A DNA stretch of 64,000 bases, taken from assembly GCA_027489535.1 (NCBI GenBank), contig JAIXZO010000014.1, positions 2,060 through 66,059 on the forward strand. The letters are read 5' to 3'. The translations under genes were made by a program, and so were the position numbers. The notes beneath the pieces were generated by a model. It was not told the origin of the DNA, made no database searches, and worked only from the letters and a program-made list of their open reading frames with translations. Below are positions 47,900 through 55,634 of the stretch, one piece after another (the stretch's first letter is position 1; each line of letters starts with the position of its first letter). This DNA comes from Hyphomicrobiales bacterium. Its GTDB lineage: Bacteria; Pseudomonadota; Alphaproteobacteria; Rhizobiales; Beijerinckiaceae.

Positions 47900-50833
47900 T
47901 CACGCGGCCTTGATCTGGCAAAGCGTAACCTTGGTTTCCTGCATTGCAGTCACCGGGTCATATCCGTAGGTCGTCACGCCGTTCACGGCTTCGCCGAGAA
48001 CGATCGGGTCGGTGCCCTTGGGATATTTCGACCGCTGGTCGACGCCCTGGAACCATCCGCCGAAATGGAAGGGCATGAACGCCACGCCCTTGCCGACGCG
48101 CTCCGTGACGAGCGCCTTCACCTTGGCCTTGGAGCCGTAGTCCGGGCCGTTCACCCAAACCCACGAACCGTCCGCGATGCCGCGCGCGGCCGCATCGGCC
48201 GGGTTGATCTCGACGAACATGTCCTGCTGCAGCTCGGCCAGCCACTTGTTCGACCGGGTCTCTTCGCCGCCGCCCTCGTACTCGACGAGACGGCCGGAGG
48301 TGAGAACGATCGGGAAGTCCTTGGCGACGCCGCGTTCCACGCCGGCCTTCTGCACCGTCGCGCCGCGATTGGGTAGACGGAACTGACGGGCGTCGGGAAG
48401 CGTCGGGTACTTCTCGACCAGATCGATGCGCGGCGAGTAGATCGGCTCGCGATGCACCGGCACCGGGTCGGGCAGGTTCCACGCGATCGCGCGGGCCTTG
48501 CCGTTGCCGAACGGAACCACGCCCTTCTCGAGGCAGACGCGCTGGATGCCGCCCGAGAGATCGTTGGCCCAGTTGATCGCGTCGACATTGTTGCCGCCGA
48601 TCCGGGTGATCGTCTCCAGCTCCTTCTCGGTCAGCAGCTGATCCCAGCCGAGACGCTTGAAGATGCCGAAGGTGAACTCCGGATAGCCGTCGGTGATCTC
48701 CGAACCGAGCGAGAAGCTGCCTTCCGCCAACAGGGTCTTGCCCTCGCGCTCGACGCCGAAGCGGGGACGGAACGCGCCGCCGCCGTCACGAACGTTGAGG
48801 TTGGTATTGTACAGAAGATGCGTCCCGGGGTGCTTGACCTCGGGCGTGCCCCAGCACGGCCAAGGCAGGCCGTAATAGTCGCCCTTGTTCGGGCCGTCCT
48901 TGGCGCGCAGCGTGACGAGATCGAAATCGCCCTGCCGTTCCATATGCGCCTTGAGACGCTCCGGAGACTGGCCGCAATAGCCGGTCGACCAGCCGCCGCG
49001 GTTGATCTCGCGCAGGATGTCCTCGGGCACGGGCTGCTTGCCCTCGACCTTGATGTTCTTGAACATCCGGTCGGCGAAGCCGAGCTTCTCCGCGAGGCGG
49101 TAGATCACCTCGTAGTCGTCCTTGGACTCGAAGATCGGCTTGACGACCTGCTGGCCCCACTGGATCGAGCGGTTCGAAGCGGTACGGGAACCCGTCGTTT
49201 CGAACTGGGTGCAGATCGGCAGCAGATAGGTGCCGTTCTTGCGCTCGCCCATCACCGCGAAGGTGGTGGGGTGCGGGTCGGCGATGACGAGCAGGTCGAG
49301 CTTGTCGATGCCCTTTCCGATTTCCGGCATGCGGGTCACGGTGTTGCCGCCGTGGCCGAAGACCATCATCGCCTTGATGTTGTCCTTCTGGTCGACGTCG
49401 TCGGCGGGCATGAGGGCGGCATCGAACCAGCGCGTGGTCGGAATGCCGGGGGTCTCCATGTTCGCCTTGCGGGTGCGGGCCGCGCGACCCTGCTTGGCGG
49501 GCACTTCGTCGAAGCGCGCCTGCAGCCAGTCGTATTCCACTTCCCAAACGCGCGACCAATGACGCCAGGCGCCTTCGACGAGGCCGTAATAGAGCGGCAG
49601 CGTCGTCACGTCCAAGCCGAGGTCGGTCGCGCCCTGCACGTTGCAGTGACCGCGGAAGATGTTGGCGCCCATGCCCTGACCGCCGACATTGCCGGTGGCG
49701 AGAAGCAGGGTGCAGTAGGCGCGCACGTTGGCGGTGCCGACGGTCTTCTGCGTGGCGCCCATGCACCACACGAGGGTGGAGGGCTTCTGCGTGGCGAAGG
49801 TCTGCGCGACGCGCTTGAGCTGCTCGCCCGGAACGCCGGTGACGCGCTCGACCTCTTCGGGGGTCCACTTCGCGACTTCCTTGCGGACTTCGTCCATGCC
49901 GAACACGCGCTTGGCGATGAAGTCCTTGTCTTCCCAGCCGTTCGCGAAGATGTGGTGCAGCATGCCCCAGATGATCGGGATGTCGGTGCCGGGACGGATG
50001 CGGACATATTCCGTCGCGTGCGCGGCCGTGCGGGTGAAGCGCGGATCGATCACGAACATGTTGGCGCGGTTGATCTCCTTGCCGGAGAGCACGTGCTGCA
50101 ACGAGACGGGATGCGCTTCGGCCGGGTTGCCGCCCATCACGATGATGGTCTTGGAATTCCGGATGTCGTTGTAGGAATTCGTCTGCGCGCCGTAACCCCA
50201 GGTGTTCGCGACGCCCGCCACAGTGGTGGAGTGGCAGATGCGGGCCTGATGGTCGACCGAGTTGGTTCCCCAGAACGCGGCAAGCTTGCGGTAAAGATAA
50301 GCGCCTTCATTCGAGAACTTGGCCGAGCCGAGCCAGAACACCGAGTCGGCGCCGGACTTCGCCCGGACTTCCTGAAGCTTGTCGCCGATTTCGTTGACGG
50401 CCTGATCCCAAGAAATCCGCTGCCACTCGCCGTTCACGAGCTTCATCGGGTACTTGATGCGACGGTCGCCGTGCACGAGCTCGCGCACCGATGCGCCCTT
50501 GGCGCAATGCGTGCCGCGATTGATCGGGCTGTCCCAACCGGGCTCCTGCCCGACCCACACGCCGTTCTGCACTTCCGCGATGACGGTGCAGCCCACCGAG
50601 CAGTGGGTGCAGACGTTCTTGCGCAGCTGGATAGGCGCCGAGAAATTCGTCGGGCCGGCCTGCGCCTTGCGCACCGCGCCGAGCTGGATCGAACCGACGG
50701 CGGCCGCGCCCGCAACCGCGAGACCGGAACGCTTGAGGAAGGTACGACGGTCGAGAACGCCCGAGGTCAGGCCGGACGTCAGGGCCTGCAGCTTCGCGCG
50801 GCCGGCTTCGCCGCTTTTACGCTTGATGAGCAT
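47900..50833 (-). CDS. formate dehydrogenase catalytic (alpha) subunit, bis-MGD, Tat-exported, cysteine type
   Basis: Twin-arginine signal (LDRRTFLKRSGLAVAGAAAV), an N-terminal 4Fe-4S motif (CTHCSVGC) and HQARICHSTTVAGVANTWG. Cys200 (TGC at 50234-50236) aligns with the Sec of E. coli FdnG (ARVUHGPTV). Confidence 0.94.
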   Translation of the reverse strand: MLIKRKSGEAGRAKLQALTSGLTSGVLDRRTFLKRSGLAVAGAAAVGSIQLGAVRKAQAGPTNFSAPIQLRKNVCTHCSVGCTVIAEVQNGVWVGQEPGWDSPINRGTHCAKGASVRELVHGDRRIKYPMKLVNGEWQRISWDQAVNEIGDKLQEVRAKSGADSVFWLGSAKFSNEGAYLYRKLAAFWGTNSVDHQARICHSTTVAGVANTWGYGAQTNSYNDIRNSKTIIVMGGNPAEAHPVSLQHVLSGKEINRANMFVIDPRFTRTAAHATEYVRIRPGTDIPIIWGMLHHIFANGWEDKDFIAKRVFGMDEVRKEVAKWTPEEVERVTGVPGEQLKRVAQTFATQKPSTLVWCMGATQKTVGTANVRAYCTLLLATGNVGGQGMGANIFRGHCNVQGATDLGLDVTTLPLYYGLVEGAWRHWSRVWEVEYDWLQARFDEVPAKQGRAARTRKANMETPGIPTTRWFDAALMPADDVDQKDNIKAMMVFGHGGNTVTRMPEIGKGIDKLDLLVIADPHPTTFAVMGERKNGTYLLPICTQFETTGSRTASNRSIQWGQQVVKPIFESKDDYEVIYRLAEKLGFADRMFKNIKVEGKQPVPEDILREINRGGWSTGYCGQSPERLKAHMERQGDFDLVTLRAKDGPNKGDYYGLPWPCWGTPEVKHPGTHLLYNTNLNVRDGGGAFRPRFGVEREGKTLLAEGSFSLGSEITDGYPEFTFGIFKRLGWDQLLTEKELETITRIGGNNVDAINWANDLSGGIQRVCLEKGVVPFGNGKARAIAWNLPDPVPVHREPIYSPRIDLVEKYPTLPDARQFRLPNRGATVQKAGVERGVAKDFPIVLTSGRLVEYEGGGEETRSNKWLAELQQDMFVEINPADAAARGIADGSWVWVNGPDYGSKAKVKALVTERVGKGVAFMPFHFGGWFQGVDQRSKYPKGTDPIVLGEAVNGVTTYGYDPVTAMQETKVTLCQIKAA

Positions 50834-50845
50834 GGGTGCCTCTCC

Positions 50846-51043
50846 TCAGTACCGGTTGGTACGGTAGAAGGTTTTGACGTGTTCCGTTTCGCGGTAACGC
50901 GACTTGCGGGCTTCGTCCTTGGATTCCTTGGCCTCGACGTCGGTCGCGACGAACGGGGCGGCGAGCGCCGCCGACGAGGCGCCGCCGAGCACTCCGAAGA
51001 ACTTGCGGCGGGTCGGATCCGCCGGTTTGTCGTTGTGGTCCAT
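50846..51043 (-). CDS. small Tat-signal protein of FDH loci (formate dehydrogenase region TAT target, FdhX-like)
   Basis: 65 aa with a twin-arginine motif (PTRRKFFGVLGGASSAALAAP). It sits 12 nt upstream of the FDH alpha gene. Confidence 0.75.
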   Translation of the reverse strand: MDHNDKPADPTRRKFFGVLGGASSAALAAPFVATDVEAKESKDEARKSRYRETEHVKTFYRTNRY

Positions 51044-51082
51044 CGCTCTTCCCTCCTCGCGAAACCGAAAACCCTCCCCCGC

Positions 51083-51928
51083 TCACATCGGCAGGGTGAA
51101 GGCCTCGGCTTCGATCTCCATGAACAGTCGTCCGATGGTGCCCACCGGACGGTAGAACTCCGCGCCGGAAGCCGTTTCGAGGTCGGCGAAGAATCGCGCG
51201 GCCCACGGCTTCAGGTGTTTCTCGAAAAAGGCCTCCTGCTCCGCAGCGTCGCCGAAGCGGCTGTGGATGAGGCCGGACATGATTTCGCAGAGGATCGCGA
51301 TGTGATCCTCGGGCTCGCGGACGTCTTCCATGCGCTCGATGCCGAGCCGGTCGAGATCCGCGCGCACGTCGGCCAGCGGCCGTTCATGCAGAAACCCGGT
51401 CAGATAGAACGACGCATAAGGCAGCAATTCGCCGCGCCCGACGCCGATGAAGAGATTGAAGTACTCGCGCGAAACCGCTCGCGCTTCGACCTTTTCCGCC
51501 ATGTCGGCCAGCGCCATGCGCACCAGCCCGAGAGGCGAGGTGTCGCCGCCGGTCGCACCGACCCGCTTCAGCAGTTCCGCGTCGGGAGCGCGCCCGAGAA
51601 GGGCGGCCAGCATGTCGTACAGATCGGCGCGGGCCTGATCGACGTCGTCGAGGATCTCTGCGGTCAAGGGAGAGGCCTCCGCCGTGTAGAGATCGGGACG
51701 AAGATCAGCACGGGGAATGCCGGTCGCCGCTTCGACGGCGAGCACGCGCTCGGAAGGAACGCGACGCCAATTCGAGACGGAAGGCTGCGACACGCCGAGG
51801 GCGCGCGCCAAGGCGCCCACACCGCCGGCGGCTGCAATCGCGGTCTCGAGACCCGATTCCCTCACGCGCTTCGACCCCTCTTGTTCGGAATTCGCGGGCG
51901 AAACAAACCCGGGAGGGCCGCACGCCAC
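51083..51928 (-). CDS. Cro/YdaS-type HTH domain fused in frame to a TorD/DmsD-family redox-enzyme maturation chaperone
   Basis: N-terminal part: AIAAAGGVGALARALGVSQPSVSNWRRVPSERVLAVEAATGIPRADLRPDLY (YdaS/Cro pattern). C-terminal part: ARADLYDMLAALLGRAPDAELL ... EYFNLFIG ... PYASFY ... EDHIAILCEIM (TorD pattern). GTG start at 51928, and no stop between the two parts. Confidence 0.75.
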   Translation of the reverse strand: MACGPPGFVSPANSEQEGSKRVRESGLETAIAAAGGVGALARALGVSQPSVSNWRRVPSERVLAVEAATGIPRADLRPDLYTAEASPLTAEILDDVDQARADLYDMLAALLGRAPDAELLKRVGATGGDTSPLGLVRMALADMAEKVEARAVSREYFNLFIGVGRGELLPYASFYLTGFLHERPLADVRADLDRLGIERMEDVREPEDHIAILCEIMSGLIHSRFGDAAEQEAFFEKHLKPWAARFFADLETASGAEFYRPVGTIGRLFMEIEAEAFTLPM

Positions 51929-51994
51929 ATTGGAACGATTCCGATTTCCAATGAGACATAGGCGAAGGCTATGCCGGTGGAAAGTGCCTGTTTT

Positions 51995-52711
51995 TCAGTC
52001 GCCGGCGGGCATCGCCCCGCCGTGGCGACGTTTGCCTGAAACGGGCGACGGCCTGGAGACCGGAGGTTCGACGCCCCCCGGCTCGTCCGAGCTTACGTGG
52101 TTTCCCTGATTTCCTTCGGGAACCTCGGAAATTTCCCCTAAATCGGGCGTCGGTGCGACCTCGTCGTCGTCGCCTGCCGCGAGTTCCGGCGGAGCGGGCT
52201 GTTCCGCCTCAGCTTCCCCTTGCGACGTTTTGTCCAACTCGTCTTCCGGCTTTCCGATCAGTTCGCGCATGAGTTCGAGGGCATCCCGATCCCCCACGAT
52301 CTCTCCGTTCCCGGGTACACCGCCCGGAACGTTCCAATCATAGGCGTATTCGCGCGCCGGATTCTCGAAGTCGCGGATCATGGGATCGGTGATCCAGAGC
52401 TTGCGGAGTGCGGCATTTCGGATCGCGTGCGGAACGGCGCTCTGGAAAAACGGCGACATGTCCGTCCCGGCGACGATCTCTTCCAACGACGGCAGCGGAA
52501 TTTCCAGCTTGGCGGCATCGAAGACGTCGGGCGCGCGCTCCCCCGGATCGGTCCCCGCCTCCTCCGTTTTGATCGTAACGACGTCCCCTGAGGGAGTATC
52601 TTGTGAGAGCGGGATGACGGCGGCGTCGGCGGTCGGCTCATCCGCCGGGGCCGTCTTCGCCTCGATCTTCCGGCGTGACCAACGGCCGAGAAAGCCGCCC
52701 TCCTCGCTCAT
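51995..52711 (-). CDS. DUF3306-like protein
   Basis: The N-terminal FLGRWSRRK motif and the conserved block AIRNAALRKLWITDPMIRDF are as I recall for DUF3306. The C-terminus is acidic and low-complexity. There is a 4-nt overlap with the preceding gene. Confidence 0.65.
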   Translation of the reverse strand: MSEEGGFLGRWSRRKIEAKTAPADEPTADAAVIPLSQDTPSGDVVTIKTEEAGTDPGERAPDVFDAAKLEIPLPSLEEIVAGTDMSPFFQSAVPHAIRNAALRKLWITDPMIRDFENPAREYAYDWNVPGGVPGNGEIVGDRDALELMRELIGKPEDELDKTSQGEAEAEQPAPPELAAGDDDEVAPTPDLGEISEVPEGNQGNHVSSDEPGGVEPPVSRPSPVSGKRRHGGAMPAGD

Positions 52712-53217
52712 CGCTCGCCCTCGCGCTTGCCCGGCGGACCGCGTCGACCGAAGGCGTCGGGGTTCGCGCGGTCGCGCTTGCGCTTGAAGAATTCACGCTC
52801 GACGTGATGCGCCGCGAAAAACGCCTCGACCCATTCGCGGATCGCATCGGGCATCGGCACGGGCTCGACCGCGTCCTCGATGGAGTCGGCGAGCGACTCG
52901 CCCTCGTACGGGTCGACGGTCACGCACACGACCTCGCCGAAGCCGTCTTGTTCGGGTCGAAACGCGATCCAAACGCTCGGTCGTTCGGAGGTGAAGTTGT
53001 CGCGGTAATGCGGCGTTTCGCCCGGATAGAGCGAGATCGTCGCAAGCCCGGCATAGAACAATTCGCCGCTTTCGTCGGCGCGCAACTTCGTCCCCGGCGG
53101 GATCGGCGGCGGCTCGAGCAGCACGGCTTCGGGCCGCCACGCCACGCCGCCCCACGGACCCGTCAAAGCCCGCCGCGACACCAGCACGCCCACTTCGATG
53201 CGGTGCATCACGCTCAT
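52708..53217 (-). CDS. DUF3305-like protein
   Basis: Starts MSVMHRIEVGVLVSRR (53217) within track ORF 52708..53529. ATGA overlaps occur at both ends. No Cys, TM or signal peptide. Confidence 0.65.
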   Translation of the reverse strand: MSVMHRIEVGVLVSRRALTGPWGGVAWRPEAVLLEPPPIPPGTKLRADESGELFYAGLATISLYPGETPHYRDNFTSERPSVWIAFRPEQDGFGEVVCVTVDPYEGESLADSIEDAVEPVPMPDAIREWVEAFFAAHHVEREFFKRKRDRANPDAFGRRGPPGKREGER

Positions 53218-54218
53218 GCGACCGCTCCCGTCGCCAAGGGCAGCCCGGCGAGCAGGTTTTGAGGCTTCAACCGGATCGTCCGATCCTCGCTCATGCCGAG
53301 AATGAGATAGACGGGCGCCCCCTTCACCCGTTCGAGCACGGGCGCGTCGGCCGCAAAATCGAGACGGAAGAAGGCCACAGCGCGGTCGGCGACCGCCTTC
53401 GGCAGGGTTTCGCCCTTCCAGAGCATGTTGCCGATCCGCGTGCCGTCGGCATCGAGGCCGACGAACCAGCGCCAATCCGTGTCCTTGATCTCCGGCAGAG
53501 GCTTCACCGTCGCGGTCACGCCCAAGCAATGGGCGATCCAGCGTTCGATCACGCGGGCCAATGCATCGCGCGAGGCAGTCGCGCCGAAGTCCAGCACCAT
53601 CGTGAAGGCGTCCGAGCGGCTCCAGTAATCATAGGCGTTTTCGGCGGTGATGACGTCGAGTTCCTTCACCCGGTCATGCCCCATCATGGCCGCGAGCGGG
53701 GACGCGTGGGCATCCACCTCGAACTCCTCGATCACCTCGGCGTCGGCGAGCAGCAGCCGGCCTTCATGCACGCAGGCGCGCTGCGCCCGGAAGAAGAGTT
53801 CCCCGGCCCGCAGCACCATCGTGTCCTCGCAACCGTCGAGCACGTTGCGCAGCAGCAGATGCGCGAGATGCGAGAAGAAGATCGGCGGCGTCGTGCCCGC
53901 GCCGTTGCGCGCGAGGTCCAGATAAGCGGCTTCGACCGTCGCATGTGCGATCAACCGGTCGCGGAAGGCCACCAGAAAGCGCCAATTCTCCCGCGCATCG
54001 ACATCGGCGATCGCTTCCACCTCCAATGCGCTCACCGGCTTGCGCGGCGAGGCCATCAACGCGGCATGAAGCGCCCGCTCGGCCGCGCAGGCCTCGGGCG
54101 GGGGCAGCACTTCGGGCCGGGCGAGGTAGGCGAGCAGCAGTTCGTCCGTCACGGCGAGCCCGCCGGATTCCGTCCGACGGGTCAGATGATGGCCGCTCGA
54201 AACCCAGAATTCCTTCAC
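53214..54218 (-). CDS. uncharacterised protein (recalled label: DUF6352 family)
   Basis: GTG start 54218 ((V)KEFWVSSGHHLTRRTE) within track ORF 53214..54701. GC3-rich, with GTGA and ATGA overlaps with its neighbours. Confidence 0.6.
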   Translation of the reverse strand: MKEFWVSSGHHLTRRTESGGLAVTDELLLAYLARPEVLPPPEACAAERALHAALMASPRKPVSALEVEAIADVDARENWRFLVAFRDRLIAHATVEAAYLDLARNGAGTTPPIFFSHLAHLLLRNVLDGCEDTMVLRAGELFFRAQRACVHEGRLLLADAEVIEEFEVDAHASPLAAMMGHDRVKELDVITAENAYDYWSRSDAFTMVLDFGATASRDALARVIERWIAHCLGVTATVKPLPEIKDTDWRWFVGLDADGTRIGNMLWKGETLPKAVADRAVAFFRLDFAADAPVLERVKGAPVYLILGMSEDRTIRLKPQNLLAGLPLATGAVA

Positions 54219-54775
54219 GACCGTTTTCCTTCCGCGAGCCCGAGCAGGTCCACCCGTTCCTCGGGCCCCTCCTCGTCTCCGTCCTCTTCCACGATGACGA
54301 AGGCGCGCGAATGCATGTGCATCTTGTCCGCGCCCACATTCTTGTCCCGCTCCATCAGCACGCGGAACTGCTCGCGCACTTCCCCGTCCTCGATGGTGCG
54401 ATGCATGGCTATCAGCGTGCCTTCGGGATGTTCGGCCAGCCCCGCCGCGAAGTCGATTTCCTCTTGGGCCGCCGCTTGCGCGATCTCGAGCGACGGGGCG
54501 CCGAGATGGTCCACGAGGCTTTGCGCCAATTGGGAAACGGCTTCCTCCCGGTCGCCTTCGCGCAGCACCGTCACCACCGACAGCGTCGAAAACCCCAGCG
54601 AGCGCACCCCGGCAAACCCCGAGCGAAACGCGGCCCGGCGCTTGCCGACCAGCGTTCCCGCATCCTCGTTCATGAACAAGAAAGAGCCAGTCACCGCCCA
54701 TTCGCCGGGCTCGGCCGCGCGCTCGAACACGAACGTGTCGGAAGGATCGAGCCTGATGGTGCGCAGCAATTTCAC
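54215..54775 (-). CDS. uncharacterised protein (recalled label: DUF6505 family)
   Basis: GTG start 54775 ((V)KLLRTIRLDPSDTFVFE) within track ORF 54215..55654. GTGA overlaps occur at both ends. Confidence 0.6.
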   Translation of the reverse strand: MKLLRTIRLDPSDTFVFERAAEPGEWAVTGSFLFMNEDAGTLVGKRRAAFRSGFAGVRSLGFSTLSVVTVLREGDREEAVSQLAQSLVDHLGAPSLEIAQAAAQEEIDFAAGLAEHPEGTLIAMHRTIEDGEVREQFRVLMERDKNVGADKMHMHSRAFVIVEEDGDEEGPEERVDLLGLAEGKRS

Positions 54776-55575
54776 AGCGCGGGCGCTCCCGTCGCGACGT
54801 CCAGCCACTCGGGCGCGAGCAGGCCGGGGGCCAAAGGCCGCTTCTCCACCCGGCCGTTCGCCCCCGCCTTCACCAACAAATCGCCCGATGCGTCGAAGCT
54901 GCGGCGATCGGCGGGCCGCGTACGCGGCAACCGCTCCAGATAGCTCTCCGCCACGCCCTTGAAGCCGCGGCTCGCCCATGTGTCGAAGTGAACCATCAGA
55001 TGCCGGCTGAAGCTCTCGATGAGCATCCCCGCATCGACGTCCTCGAAGCCCTCCTCTTCGAGCGAGGACGAGTTCGGGTAAAACCCGGGATCGGAGAGAT
55101 TGCGCGACAACGTGATCATCGCGGAAAACACGAGCCAATCCGGCTCCGCCTTCTCCGCGCAGTCCTTCGGCCAGGACATCCGCGCCCCGCCGATCCGCGC
55201 GCCGTCGCAGCGGATGCCGCCGGGCCAATCGAACGCGATCGGCTTTTCGGGCGGCGCATGGGTCGACAGCGCATCCGCCACCGCCGCCATGCCGCAGATG
55301 AACGCCCGCCGCGCGGTCGCGAGCGGCTCGCCGGGCTCCAGCACCACCGCGAACTCCGCCACGTCGAAGCGCCGCGCCCAGACGAGCGTGCCCGCACCGG
55401 CCTCGGGCGCCAACGATTCGGCATGCCCGTGCGCATCCCCGCTTTCGCGGAGCGTGACGAGCGAATAAAGCGGCGGAAGCGAGAGTTCCGCCCGTTCGAG
55501 GGACTTCAGGTTCGTCATCGGGCTCATTTTCGGCTTTTCGCCTACACGTATCGAAACGCGGGCGGGCTTTTCCAT
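54772..55575 (-). CDS. biotin/lipoate A/B protein ligase (BPL_LplA_LipB) family protein, apparently degenerate
   Basis: The BPL-fold pattern (PPLYSLVTL ... TLVWARRFDVAEFAVVLEP ... IAFDWPGGIRCDGARIGGARMSW) aligns to the BirA/LplA catalytic core but lacks GRGRxGR and the KWPND lysine. The start is uncertain (55575, 55527 or 55518). Confidence 0.6.
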   Translation of the reverse strand: MEKPARVSIRVGEKPKMSPMTNLKSLERAELSLPPLYSLVTLRESGDAHGHAESLAPEAGAGTLVWARRFDVAEFAVVLEPGEPLATARRAFICGMAAVADALSTHAPPEKPIAFDWPGGIRCDGARIGGARMSWPKDCAEKAEPDWLVFSAMITLSRNLSDPGFYPNSSSLEEEGFEDVDAGMLIESFSRHLMVHFDTWASRGFKGVAESYLERLPRTRPADRRSFDASGDLLVKAGANGRVEKRPLAPGLLAPEWLDVATGAPAL

Positions 55576-55634
55576 ATATACGACGGGATCGCGACGGCGA
55601 GAGGTCCTGCGGTCGCAATTGGGGAATTCGGGTC

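Noticed and set aside
47900-50833. Selenocysteine-containing FDH with SECIS
   Set aside because: The ORF is uninterrupted and has TGC (Cys) at the Sec-equivalent position.
48452-51961. 1169-aa ORF antisense to FDH alpha, the Tat protein and TorD
   Set aside because: A shadow ORF opposite well-supported genes, with low-complexity composition.
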